The translations under genes and the position numbers were made by a program. A stretch of 39,776 nt of DNA from a virus (Duplodnaviria > Caudoviricetes): the IMG/VR virus record IMGVR_UViG_3300020042_009560, positions 1 to 39,776 of that record; one strand, 5' to 3'. The stretch's first letter is position 1. Every line of letters begins with the position of its first letter. The notes below the pieces were generated by a model, which was given only the letters and a program-made list of their open reading frames with translations, did not search any database and had not been told where the DNA came from. Below are positions 29,101 to 38,900 of this stretch, in pieces.

Positions 29101-29900
29101 CTTATACCGCTTGTACCGCTTGTTCCTGTTGTACCCGAAGTACCTGTTGTACCACTTGTACCTGATGTACCTGAAGTTCCGTTTGCACCTGAAGTTCCTG
29201 ATGTACCGCTTGTACCTGAAGCTCCAGTTACACCTGAAGTGCCTGATGTACCTGAGGTTCCGCTTGTACCTGTTGTACCACTTGTTCCTGAAGTTCCTGA
29301 AGTACCGTTTATACCTGAGGTACCTGAAGTACCGTTAGCCCCACTTGTACCTGAGGTTCCAGTTGTACCTGAAGTACCACTAGTACCTGAAGTTCCGGAT
29401 GTTCCGTTTGCTCCTGAAGTACCTGAGGTACCATTTACACCAGATGTTCCACTAGTTCCGTTTATACCTGAGGTACCTGAGGTACCACTTGTTCCTGTAG
29501 TACCAGAGGTTCCGTTTGTACCTGAAGTACCTGTAGCCCCTGATGTACCTGAGGTACCTGATGTACCTCGTGTTCCTGATGTTCCAGAAGTACCACTAGT
29601 ACCTGAAGTACCTGTACCTCCTGTTCCTCCACCTGTAGCATTGATTGTAACAACACCTGTTCCACCTACTGGAGAAATAGTAATATTAGTACCTGCTACA
29701 ATTTGAGTTACACCTCCTGTTCCTGCTCCACCTGTTGTTAAAGCAACAACACCGTCATTATCAATAGTTAATACTTTACCTTCAAAACCTTCATCAATAG
29801 AAGGTATGTTTTCTTTATTGAATGCTATTGGTTGATCAAAATAACCCCTACCGTCACCTGGTTTATCTAATCTATTATTAATTGTGGTATTTTCAGCCAT
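23187..29900 (-). CDS. Giant (Gly-Thr-Ser)n collagen-like fibre with C-terminal peptidase S74 intramolecular chaperone
   Basis: 2237 aa; Gly at every third residue over about 1,800 aa; N-term [15 protein letters not shown] motif; C-term [48 protein letters not shown] coiled coil. Confidence 0.9.
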   Translation of the reverse strand: MAENTTINNRLDKPGDGRGYFDQPIAFNKENIPSIDEGFEGKVLTIDNDGVVALTTGGAGTGGVTQIVAGTNITISPVGGTGVVTINATGGGTGGTGTSGTSGTSGTSGTRGTSGTSGTSGATGTSGTNGTSGTTGTSGTSGTSGINGTSGTSGVNGTSGTSGANGTSGTSGTSGTSGTTGTSGTSGANGTSGTSGINGTSGTSGTSGTTGTSGTSGTSGTSGVTGASGTSGTSGTSGANGTSGTSGTSGTTGTSGTTGTSGTSGISGTSGTSGTTGTSGTSGTSGTSGVTGASGTSGTSGTTGTSGTTGTSGTSGTSGTSGITGASGTSGTSGTTGTSGTSGINGTSGTTGTSGTSGTTGTSGTSGTSGVTGASGTSGTSGTSGTTGTSGTSGINGTSGTSGTSGTTGTSGTSGTTGTSGTTGTSGTSGTSGTSGLNGDRYSTTSGTSITLPVSGTITMIGGTGLAYTTGQTVIVAYDSSNYFEATINSYNPLTGSFSLTITSSNGSGTYSSWAINLAGAPGPAGSSGTSGTSGVNGTSGTSGVNGTSGTTGTSGTSGTTGTSGTTGTSGTSGTTGTSGTSGINGTSGTSGTSGTTGTSGTSGTTGTSGTTGTSGTSGVNGTSGTSGTTGTSGTSGINGTSGTSGTTGTSGTSGTTGTSGTSGVNGTSGTSGTSGTTGTSGTSGTTGTSGTTGTSGTSGTSGVDGTSGTSGTSGTTGTSGTSGVNGTSGTSGTSGTTGTSGTSGTSGTSGTTGTSGTTGTSGTSGIDGTSGTSGTTGTSGTSGINGTSGTSGTSGTTGTSGTSGINGTSGTSGTTGTSGTSGTTGTSGTSGVNGTSGTSGTSGTTGTSGTSGVNGTSGTSGTTGTSGTTGTSGTSGTTGTSGTSGTSGTSGINGTSGTTGTSGTTGTSGTSGVNGTSGTSGTTGTSGTTGTSGTSGTTGTSGTSGINGTSGTSGTTGTSGTSGINGTSGTSGTSGTTGTSGTSGTTGTSGTTGTSGTSGINGTSGTSGTSGTTGTSGTSGTTGTSGTTGTSGTSGTAGTSGLNGDRYATTSSTSVTLPASGTVTMTGGTGLAYTTGQTVIVAYDLSNRFEASITSYNPLTGVFVLSVTTTTGSGTYTSWSINLAGAPGPAGSSGTSGTSGVNGTSGTSGINGTSGTSGTSGTSGTTGTSGTTGTSGTSGTTGTSGTSGINGTSGTSGTSGTTGTSGTSGTSGTSGVSGVAGTSGTSGTSGTTGTSGTSGTTGTSGTTGTSGTSGTTGTSGTSGINGTSGTSGTTGTSGTSGVNGTSGTSGTSGTTGTSGTSGINGTSGTSGTTGTSGTSGVNGTSGTSGTSGTTGTSGTSGINGTSGTSGTSGTTGTSGTTGTSGTSGTTGTSGTSGINGTSGTSGTTGTSGTSGINGTSGTSGTTGTSGTSGTTGTSGTSGTTGTSGTSGTTGTSGTSGTTGTSGTSGINGTSGTSGTSGTTGTSGTSGTTGTSGTSGTTGTSGTSGTTGTSGTSGINGTSGTSGTSGTTGTSGTTGTSGTSGINGTSGTSGTSGTTGTSGTSGTTGTSGTSGTTGTSGTSGINGTSGTSGTSGTTGTSGTSGTTGTSGTTGTSGTTGTSGTTGTSGTSGINGTSGTSGTSGTTGTSGTSGTTGTSGTTGTSGTTGTSGTTGTSGTSGINGTSGTSGTSGTTGTSGTSGINGTSGTSGTSGTTGTSGTTGTSGTSGTTGTSGTTGTSGTTGTSGTSGTSGTSGTSGINGTSGTSGTSGTTGTSGTSGTTGTSGTSGTTGTSGTSGTTGTSGTSGTTGTSGTSGTSGTTGTSGTTGTSGTSGINGTSGTSGTSGTSGTSGTTGTSGTSGINGTSGTSGTTGTSGTTGTSGTSGTTGTSGTSGINGTSGTSGTTGTSGTSGINGTSGTSGTSGTSGINGTSGTSGTSGTTGTSGTSGINGTSGTSGTTGTSGTSGINGTSGTSGTSGINGTSGTSGINGTSGTSGTTGTSGTSGTTGTSGTSGINGTSGTSGTTGTSGTSGINGTSGTSGTTGTSGTSGTRGTSGTSGTSGTTGTSGINGTSGTSGINGTSGTSGITGTSGTSGTSVSVSGTANYITKFTSATTIGNTVTPIFESGSKIGIGTTNPLYPLHVSGSFGGISIYATDDIAAFSDQRVKTDIQIIQNPIDKIKQIDGVTYIRIDGGEDNKHRHTGVIAQQVEKVLPEAVHTNPETGIKAVTYGNMNGLLIEAIKELAAKVEKLEQQLKYK
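26505..26777 (-). repeat. Copy 2 of a 91-aa globular insert in the collagen-like fibre
   Basis: [18 protein letters not shown]...[18 protein letters not shown]...[13 protein letters not shown]. Confidence 0.9.
28323..28595 (-). repeat. Copy 1 of a 91-aa globular insert in the collagen-like fibre
   Basis: [18 protein letters not shown]...[18 protein letters not shown]...[13 protein letters not shown]; same length as copy 2, 1818 bp apart. Confidence 0.9.
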
Positions 29901-29917
29901 TACTCAGAAACATTTGT

Positions 29918-29926
29918 TATAAATAT
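29918..29926 (-). promoter_or_regulatory. Putative late promoter ATATTTATA
   Basis: 17 nt upstream of the collagen-like gene ATG, immediately after a terminator. Confidence 0.6.
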
Positions 29927-29927
29927 T

Positions 29928-29954
29928 AAAAAAAGCCCCAATTTTGAGGCTTTT
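29928..29954 (-). terminator. Rho-independent terminator
   Basis: Minus strand AAAAGCCTCA-AAAT-TGGGGCTTTT then TTT (stem with one G-U pair, U7 tract). Confidence 0.75.
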
Positions 29955-29979
29955 AATAAAATAATATATTTATTTTTTA

Positions 29980-30306
29980 TTATACCATTGGTATTTCTAC
30001 AATCTCAAAAGTAGAACCAGAAGACATAGATTCTAAAGAACCAGTAATTTGTTCTGTTGCAAACAACAAAAATTTGTTTACTACGTTTTCTGCAGAATTA
30101 TCTAAAGAGGCAGAAGCATTATTTACATAAAAAGGGAAACAAGCAATAGAGCTAGAACCTGAAGCAAATGACTCTTGAGAATGGTACATAAAACAATCTA
30201 CTGGAGTATCTTGTCCAGAAACTGGTAGATGTAATACTAAACGAAAATAAGGATCTGTGTAAGTTCCGTAGTTGTAGGTGAAGTTTGAGGTTGATTGAAT
30301 AGCCAT
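29980..30306 (-). CDS. Hypothetical protein (108 aa), possible fibre chaperone/accessory
   Basis: Full ORF between its own promoter motif and a terminator; follows a fibre gene. Confidence 0.75.
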   Translation of the reverse strand: MAIQSTSNFTYNYGTYTDPYFRLVLHLPVSGQDTPVDCFMYHSQESFASGSSSIACFPFYVNNASASLDNSAENVVNKFLLFATEQITGSLESMSSGSTFEIVEIPMV

Positions 30307-30319
30307 GAGTATGTTTTGT

Positions 30320-30328
30320 TATAAATAT
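30320..30328 (-). promoter_or_regulatory. Putative late promoter ATATTTATA
   Basis: 13 nt upstream of ATG 30306, followed by ACAAAA. Confidence 0.6.
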
Positions 30329-30333
30329 GATGA

Positions 30334-32886
30334 TTAGTATAAAGCATTCCAAGTTGTACCATCATAAAAGTAAGGTTTTGGAGGAGCTGATGAAGACACA
30401 GCAAATGAACCTGTTGGTACACCTGAAGGTAAGGGGTCTTGTGGTGATAAAGTTAGTACTGCTGAAGCTCCTGATATGTGGAGGGAAGATGCTGGAGTTG
30501 ATGTTCCAATACCAACATTACCTGACCCAGAAACATAAAGTATGTTATTAACTGCCGGAGAATCTATTTCTAGTAGTGCTGAATTGGATGAGCCTGATAT
30601 GTGGACTTTAGCAGCTGGAGTTGTGGTTCCAATACCAACTTTATTATCGTAAGTAAATCTAGCGGTTTCGGCTGCTGATCCGCTCCATCCTAAGATCCGC
30701 AAATCTATTGTTCTATACCCATCCACAACAGCTGATGTATATATCCCTTCAAGGTAAGATAAAGTATGCCAGGTAATACTACCTGCTGTAGAACCGGCGC
30801 TAGGAGTTCCTGAGCTATTTACGAATCTATATTCGTTAGTGTTGTTAGCTACTGCTCTTTGAGCTACAAAAACGTTTGAAGCACCTGCTATTGGGTCTAC
30901 TGCTAAAGCATAAGTATCATAAGGGGAGACGTTAATACCGACCCTGCCGTCATCGGCTACAGTAAAAGAGGTTCTATTGCTTGAGTTTTGAACCAGTAAT
31001 GATGTAGTTGCAGAAGTTGTACCTGATCCTTTTACTGTTAATTTAGCTGAACCTGTTGCTGTTCCTATTAAAAGCTCACCGGTATATGCCAATCGCATCT
31101 GTTCGGTTACGTTATGATACCAGACGTGTGAATGCTGTGAGCCGTTTATACTAGAGTAATAATTTATTCCTCCTCCTGCGTAAGTTCCGTTAATATCTGA
31201 TCTTAGGTTAAGATTTACTCCTTGAGAAATTGTGGTTACTGTAGCAGTACTTGTACCGCCTATTACTGCTATACCACCTCCTTGAGCAGATGCAACAAGG
31301 GTGGAAGTTGTTATTGAATTTAATTGAGCTAAAGAATTATTTGTTCCCGCTGATCCGTAATACCCTGTACTGTTTCCACCTGCTAAGTTTACTCTAAAGA
31401 AAGGATTTTGATTAGCAGCGGCACTACTGGTTGTATTTGCACCTACAGAAAATATATCAAAAGTATTGTTTGCATAACCTCCTGTATGGTACCCAGGATT
31501 GTTAATTATATTAGCTATTCTATAATTATTTGCAGATGTATCTACTAAGAAAGGAGTATTTGTTGCAAAAGTGTTAAAAGTGGGTCCTGCTACATGTAAT
31601 GCATAGGTTGATGAGGTCATATTGATACCAACATTACCTGACCCCGACACATAAAGTATGTTATTAACTGCCGGAGAATCTATTTCGAATAATACTGAAC
31701 CGGATGAGCCTGAGATATGAAGAGAGGCTGATGGGGTTGATGTTCCAATACCTACTTTTGATCCTGTTACTCCGGTTGATATTAAAATGTTACCGGGAAG
31801 ACTTGAAGTAAAAGCAGGAGCTCCACCTTCTAAGTAAACATTACCTCCTCTACCATATTGAGTACTAACTGTACCTCCGGCACCTGCTACTATTTTAGTA
31901 TGTACTCCTGTTTCGTCTCCACGTTCACTATTTGGGTTACCGAAAGTATATATTCTATTACTATTGTTAGTTTGATAATAAACAAATGTTCCACCTCCAT
32001 ATCCTGAAGCAGCTGATTTGTTTATGGTAAAAATGGAGGTGGTGGATGTACTTCCAGGAGTTATTGTAAGAAAGTCTCCAGTACTATCATATAATCTTAT
32101 ACCGTATGCTCCATCATTGTAAAAGGTCCAATGTGCCGGACCACCTGTACCGGGTAATGTTAAAGATCTTGAACCAAGTCCAGTTCCGCCAGTAGCAGTA
32201 GTTATATAAGATTCAGCAGATGCATTATTAAAATTAAGTTTACCTCCTCCTGGTAGTTGTACCAATCCATCATCTCTTACTGTGAATGAAGCAGAAGCAT
32301 TAGCATTTTGAACCAGAAAAGATGTAGTAGAAGAAGTTGTACCTGTGCCTTTAACTGTTAATCTTGAAGTTTGAGCAGTTGTGCCTATACCAACAGAAGA
32401 TCCAGTTACATAAAGTATGCTTTTTAAATTTACAAGTTTATCAACGTTAGCATAAAAACCACCTCCTCCCCCATTGGCAGAAGTTGCTGTGAAAATACCT
32501 TGGTTATCTATAGTAACTGTTCCAAAGTAACTTTTTACCCTATAGTAAGAATCTTGAGCGTAAGAACTTTCTAAGTTTATTACACCGCTGAAGGGTCCTC
32601 CTTGGTAAACATCTAAATTATATGCTGGGTTTTCTAGTCCAATCCCTACCTTGGGTAAATAAGCATTCCATACACCACTGTAGCTAGATGTTAACACTAA
32701 TAAGTTTGGGGTATTTTGATAATCACTAAGAACTGATGAGTATTTAGCTACAAATACTTTTGTACCTAAATTTGAAGTTACTACTAAGGGTAGGTTAGAG
32801 CTTGTAACACTCAAGGATCCAGTAACACCCATTCCTGCTGTACCTTTGGATTCTATTCCACCCCAAGAAACTATTTGATCTGCCAT
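30334..32886 (-). CDS. Modular tail fibre-like protein (850 aa)
   Basis: Repeated VGIGT(S/T)TP...(L/V)HISG modules, duplicated segments, C-terminal PYFYDGTTWNALY. Confidence 0.75.
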   Translation of the reverse strand: MADQIVSWGGIESKGTAGMGVTGSLSVTSSNLPLVVTSNLGTKVFVAKYSSVLSDYQNTPNLLVLTSSYSGVWNAYLPKVGIGLENPAYNLDVYQGGPFSGVINLESSYAQDSYYRVKSYFGTVTIDNQGIFTATSANGGGGGFYANVDKLVNLKSILYVTGSSVGIGTTAQTSRLTVKGTGTTSSTTSFLVQNANASASFTVRDDGLVQLPGGGKLNFNNASAESYITTATGGTGLGSRSLTLPGTGGPAHWTFYNDGAYGIRLYDSTGDFLTITPGSTSTTSIFTINKSAASGYGGGTFVYYQTNNSNRIYTFGNPNSERGDETGVHTKIVAGAGGTVSTQYGRGGNVYLEGGAPAFTSSLPGNILISTGVTGSKVGIGTSTPSASLHISGSSGSVLFEIDSPAVNNILYVSGSGNVGINMTSSTYALHVAGPTFNTFATNTPFLVDTSANNYRIANIINNPGYHTGGYANNTFDIFSVGANTTSSAAANQNPFFRVNLAGGNSTGYYGSAGTNNSLAQLNSITTSTLVASAQGGGIAVIGGTSTATVTTISQGVNLNLRSDINGTYAGGGINYYSSINGSQHSHVWYHNVTEQMRLAYTGELLIGTATGSAKLTVKGSGTTSATTSLLVQNSSNRTSFTVADDGRVGINVSPYDTYALAVDPIAGASNVFVAQRAVANNTNEYRFVNSSGTPSAGSTAGSITWHTLSYLEGIYTSAVVDGYRTIDLRILGWSGSAAETARFTYDNKVGIGTTTPAAKVHISGSSNSALLEIDSPAVNNILYVSGSGNVGIGTSTPASSLHISGASAVLTLSPQDPLPSGVPTGSFAVSSSAPPKPYFYDGTTWNALY
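30509..30570. repeat. 62-bp direct repeat, copy A (copy B at 31625-31686)
   Basis: 60/62 identical by manual alignment; encodes EIDSPAVNNILYVSGSGNVG. Confidence 0.9.
31625..31686. repeat. 62-bp direct repeat, copy B
   Basis: In frame with copy A, 1116 bp apart. Confidence 0.9.
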
Positions 32887-32896
32887 ATTGTTTTTA

Positions 32897-32905
32897 TATA
32901 AATAT
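32897..32905 (-). promoter_or_regulatory. Putative late promoter ATATTTATA
   Basis: 10 nt upstream of ATG 32886. Confidence 0.6.
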
Positions 32906-32910
32906 TTTTA

Positions 32911-35900
32911 TTATATTGTTCTAAATGTTGTTTTAACTGTCCAACCCGCAGAAGAGGCAGATGCAAACAGTTGAGCCGAAGAAGCCGATAAAGACATTGA
33001 AAATTGTAGATTTGAAGTTGAACCAATATCGGGAGTAGCCAAATCTGTAAACTTAACTGAACCTGATCCCCAAACAGACATAATGTTTCCTGCCCTATAG
33101 TTTGAACCGGAGGTTACATAGTAATCAAAGAATCCTGCTGTATAGCTACCTGTATCTACCCCGTATATAAGTGTAGAACCTGTTGCTAAAGAGGATGTAG
33201 TAATAGTACTTAGGGAAGCTGATGAAAAATTTATTGAACCCGATACTGTTAAATTACCTGTAAAATTACCTGATCCGGAAACATCAAGTTGATATTGTGG
33301 GGTAGTTGTATTTACACCAACAAATCCATTAGATCCGGTTACAAATATTCTTATGTTACCTGCTCCATCTGCTATAAAGATGTTGTTGTTTTGTGTACCA
33401 AAGCCGTTGGCTGTGGCTGAACCTAGGATTACGTTACAGTTTCCGGTTGTAATACAACGACCTGAGTTAATACCTATTGCTATGTTACAAGCACCGGTAG
33501 TATTATACCCTAAAGAGCCGTGTCCTAAAGCAGTACTATTTGCTCCTGATGTATTATTTGTTAATGCACTTCTACCTACAGCTATGTTTTGTCCTCCGGT
33601 ATTGCTTATTAAACTATAAGCCCCTAAAGCAACGTTGTTACTTGAGTTTATATTGGCTCGAAGTGCACAAAAACCTAAGGCGGTGTTTGCAAAACCTGTT
33701 GTATTTAAAAATAAAGCTTTATAACCAACCGAAGTATTGTTATAACCTACTGTATTACATTGTAAAGAGGCATTACCTACTGCTATATTATTTTGTCCGG
33801 TTGTATTAGCATATAAAGCAGCTAAACCTAAAGCAGTGTTGTTAGTACCTGTTGTATTACATCTTAAAGATTGAGAACCTACTGCTGTATTATTTGAAAC
33901 TGTATTAAGTCTTAGTGAATAAAAACCTACTGCTGTATTATTAGTACCAGTTAAATTGGCTCTTAAAGCATTAGAACCTATTGCAATATTTCTAGCACCT
34001 GTTGTATTATAACGTAATGCTGAAAATCCTAAAGCATTATTATATAGCCCGGTTGTATTGTTTGCTAAAGCTGAACTTCCTACTGCTGTGTTTTTACATC
34101 CAGTTGTATTAGAGACTAAGGAGCGAGTACCTATTGCTGTATTATCTGCACCTGTGGTATTAGCTAATAAAGAATACAAACCAAAAGCAACATTCTGAGT
34201 TCCTACTGTATTAGCTTTTAAAGAACTAGATCCTACTGCTGTGTTACTACCTCCTGTTGTATTATTAAATAAAGCACAAGTACCTAAAGCTGTATTGTAA
34301 CCACCGGTTGTATTAGATTGTAAAGCTTGAGTACCTACAGCTGTGTTGCATAATCCTGTTGTATTTAATCGTAAAGCACTGTATCCTATTGCTACGTTAT
34401 TTGATACTGTGTTGTAACGTAATGATTCACCTCCAATAGCAACATTATTATCTCCAGAAACGTTAGCTGCTAGAGCACTATTTCCCATAGCTGTATTAAA
34501 TCTACCTATAGTATTTAATGCTAAAGAGCTTGCACCTACTGCGTTGTTAAAAGCTCCTGTTGTGTTAGATACTAAAGCACTTCTACCTATTGCTGAGTTG
34601 TAGATACCTATTGTGTTAGCTCTTAAAGCACATAAACCAATGGCTGTGTTACCAGCACCTGTTGTATTACAAGCTAAAGCAATATAACCAACAGCTGTAT
34701 TATTTGTTCCTGTTGTATTATTTTTTAAAGTACAAGTACCTACTGCTGTATTGCTTACCCCTGTTGTATTATTATATAATGATCTAAATCCTACAGCAAC
34801 GTTATTATCTACTAAGTTATTAAATAATGCTTTAACACCTACTGCTGTATTGCAGTTTCCTGTTACGTTTTGTAGTAATGTTTGAGCACCTAAACCTACG
34901 TTATAATAACCTGTTGTGTTACCTGTTAAAGATTGAACTCCTAAACTAAGGTTTCTTCTACCTGTTGTGTTAACACCTAATGAAAAGGTACCAACTGCTA
35001 TGTTATCAGCACCTGTTGTATTTAATCTTAAAGTAGCTCTTCCTATAGCTGTATTACCTCCTCCTGATGAGTTATAAAATAAAGCACTACATCCTATAGC
35101 AATGTTATAAGTACCGCTAGTATTTCTTTGTAAAGCATCACTTCCTATACCTATATTATTTATGCCTGAAGTGTTGTATCTTAAAGAATTATTACCTACA
35201 GCTACGTTGTTAGCACCTGTTGTATTACATCTTAAAGTATTATAACCTAAAGATGTGTTATTAGTACCGGTTGTATTTAATTGTAAAGCTTGAAAACCAA
35301 CTGCTGTATTATTAATTCCTGTTGTATTACATGATAAAGCAGAAGTACCTATTGCTGTAAGACCAGTACCTATTGTGTTAGCTGTTAAAGAACTAACACC
35401 AACAGCTACGTTACTTGATGCTGAGCTAAACCTCATTGAGTAAAAACCTATTGCTATGTTGTTACTTCCTGTAGTATTTCCTCTTAAAGTACTAGTACCT
35501 ATAGTAATATTAGCAGCACCTGTTGTGTTGTAAATATTTGCTCCTGAGCCTATAGAGATGTTGCTACCACCAGTTGTATTATCTCGTAAAGCATCGGATC
35601 CGATACCTATATTGTTTATACCAGCTGTATTACTTTGTAAAGTACGGACACCTAAAGCTGTGTTTCTATAGCCAGTTGTGTTTGCAAGTAAAGATAAATA
35701 ACCAACAGCTGTATTACTAGTACCTGTTGTATTAGCACATAAAGCTCTAGCACCAACAGCTGTGTTACTACTAGCCGTATTAAATAATAAAGCATAATGG
35801 CCTATTGCTGTATTACTAATACCTGTTGTGTTACAAACTAGAGTGTAGTATCCAACAGCTGTATTATGACGTCCTGTAGTATTTTTAAATAATGAACAAG

Positions 35901-38900
35901 CTCCTACTACTGTATTTCTAAGTCCTTCTGTATTATTTTGTAGAGTACGAAAACCTAAAGCAGTGTTGCTATTACCTGTAGTATTAAGTATTAAAGAACA
36001 ATAACCAATAGCCGTATTAGAAGCTCCGGTTGTATTAGTACATAAAGCATAAAATCCAACTGCTGTATTACCTGAAACTGTATTTCCTCTTAAAGCATAG
36101 CTTCCTACCGCTACGTTTCTAATACCGGTTGTATTATTTCTTAAAGCAGCCCAACCAACAGCTGTGTTAAAAGCTCCGGTTGTGTTTAGTACTAAAGCAC
36201 GATAACCTACTGCTGTGTTTCTGTATCCTATTGTGTTACAAGCTAAAGCACAAAAACCAAGGGATGTGTTGCAAGTACCTGTTGTATTAGCTCTTAAAGC
36301 AAAAGATCCTAAAGCTACGTTATAACAACCTGTTGTATTACAATATAAAGCTTTTGAACCGGCGGCAGTATTACTGCCTCCGCTAGTATTGTATCTTAAA
36401 GCACCGCATCCCAAAGCTGTATTGTTAGTTCCTCCAGTATTACATAGTAAAGCATTAGTACCAACAGCTATGTTATCAGTACCGGTAGTATTACTCTGTA
36501 AAGCATTACTGCCGACTGCTGTATTACGAAGACCGGTTGTGTTTGATATTAAAGCTTGAGTACCTAAAGCCGTATTACAACCACCTGTTGTGTTTGCTCG
36601 TAAAGCATTAGTACCTAAAGCAACATTACAAACACCTATTGTGTTAGTAAATAAAGCACCTCTACCTACTGCTGTATTACAAACACCTGTTGTATTATTC
36701 TGTAGAGTATTACCTCCTAAAGCCGTATTACCTTGTCCGGTTGTATTATTACTTAGAGCACTAATACCTACTGCTGTATTATAAGTTCCTGTTGTATTAC
36801 AAAATAAAGCATTATTACCAACTGCTACGTTATTAGTACCTTCTGTATTATTTCTTAAAGAACTGATGCCTATAGCTGTATTACAGTTTCCTATTGTATT
36901 TAAACATAATGCTTTATAACCTATAGCTACGTTATTATCACCTGTTGTATTAGCACATAAAGCCGAACTACCGATTCCTATATTATTATTACCAAAAGTA
37001 TTTCTTCTTAAAGCACAAGCACCAACACCTATATTACTGTTTCCTGTTGTATTGTACTCTAAAGCCAAAGTACCAAAAGCTATATTACAGTTACCTGTTG
37101 TATTAAATCCTAAACTGTAGTATCCTACTGCCGTATTAGAAGCTCCTGTTGTATTATTTTGTAATGCTCTAGCTCCAAAAGCATCGTTACCTGCCCCTGT
37201 TGTATTAGATGATAAAGCACGATACCCTACTGCTGTACGAAAATTAGTTGTATTAGCTGCTAAAGCATTAAATCCTATAGCTGTGTTATTGGTTGCTCCA
37301 CCAGTTGCTGAAGCGGCATTACATCCTACACCTACGTTACCTGTACCTGTGGTATTGTTTTGTAAGGCACCCATACCGACAGCCACGTTATTAGTACCTG
37401 TAGTATTTGAATACATGGCAAAAAGACCAATCGCTATGTTTCTATTTCCTTCTGTGTTTTTACATAAAGCACAAGTTCCAAGTCCTATGTTGTGAATACC
37501 TGTGGTATTACCACTTAGAGTTAGTACACCTACAGCTACGTTATTAGTACCTGTTGTATTATTTCTTAAAGCACAAGTACCTACAGCGGTGTTGTTTATA
37601 CCAGTTGTATTAACACATAAAGCCAAAGTACCAACAGCTGTATTGTTTATACCTATTGTATTGGCTCTTAATGCTTCAAAACCTACTGCTACGTTTCTTA
37701 CACCAGTAGTATTGGCTCTTAAAGCATTATTTCCTACAGCTACACTGTCTGTTCCTGTAGTATTAGCACATAAAGCATTATTTCCTAAAGCTGTATTATT
37801 ATCACCGATTGTATTTAATTGTAAAGCAGAAGCACCTATAGCTGTATTGTTTGCACCTGTAGTATTTAATCTTAAAGCATAATTACCTACTGCTGTATTA
37901 GTACTACCTATTGTATTACATTGTAAAGCACCTTGTCCAATAGCTGTATTTCTAGTAGCGGTTGTATTAGAACATAAAGCTCTATAACCTACTGCTGTAT
38001 TAAAAAAACCTGTTGTGTTACAACGTAATGTGTTATAACCAAGTGCTGTATTGCAAGCACCTGTAGTGGTTGACAATAAAGCAAAACTACCTACTGCTGT
38101 ATTTTTAACAGCAGTTGTGTTAGCATATAAAGCATCCATACCTAAGGCTACATTACCTGTTCCTATTGTATTATTTTTTAAAGCCTCATCACCAACAGCT
38201 GTATTGTTTATTCCTGTTGTATTACAACATAAAGCAAAATTACCAACTGCTGTATTACTAGTACCTACAGTGTTGTTTCTTAAAGCATAGTTTCCTAAAC
38301 CTGTGTTATTACCTGATGTATTTAAGGCTAGGGATCTATTACCTACTGCTGTATTATTACCTCCCGTTGTATTGTTTCTTAAAGCACACCTACCAACAGC
38401 TGTATTGTTTATTCCTGTTGTATTACAATCTAATGCTAAAGATCCTAAAGCAGTATTATCACACCCTGTTGTATTAGATCTTAGAGCATTAACACCTAAA
38501 GCTGTATTATTTGTACCACCGTTATTGGCTTGTAAAGCGATATACCCAACAGCTGTATTATTTGATGTACTTGTATTATTTTTTAATGATTGGTATCCAA
38601 TAGCTGTATTTCTAATCCCATATGTGTTAGCACATAAAGAGTTAACACCTACTGCTGTGTTAGCAAAACCACTAGTATTAGAAGACAAAGCATTAATACC
38701 TACTGCTGTGTTATTACAACCATATGTATTAGAAGATAAAGCACCAGCTCCTACCCTAGTATTACTGCCTACATTACCCCCACCCGTTCCAACACATACT
38801 CCAGTAAAAATAGAATCTGCAGTAGTTGTTACTAAACCAGATACTAAAACACTTTGTGTTAAAGGATTAACATAAGAGGCTGTTAAAGCAAAGGATGCTG

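Larger units (their letters stand above)
23677..29613. repeat. 9-bp-period coding repeat (GTS/GTT/GIN/GVN triplets) in three blocks
   Basis: Blocks at about 28596-29613, 26778-28322 and 23677-26504, with heavy synonymous variation. Confidence 0.95.

Noticed and set aside
23677-29613. Possible CRISPR array or non-coding satellite
   Set aside because: No constant repeat with unique spacers; period is 9 bp with third-position variation inside an intact ORF; no cas genes
23677-29613. Visibly higher GC as a sign of a foreign island
   Set aside because: Explained by Gly/Thr/Ser codon composition; third positions remain mostly A/T
23803-29706. Long plus-strand ORFs (916, 605, 384 aa) of PLV/PEV/PVV repeats
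   Set aside because: Antisense shadows of the Gly-Thr-Ser codons, which cannot produce stops in that frame; they break at the non-repetitive inserts
30509-31686. Diversity-generating retroelement template/variable repeat pair
   Set aside because: Only two synonymous differences, both copies are coding, and no reverse transcriptase is present in the window
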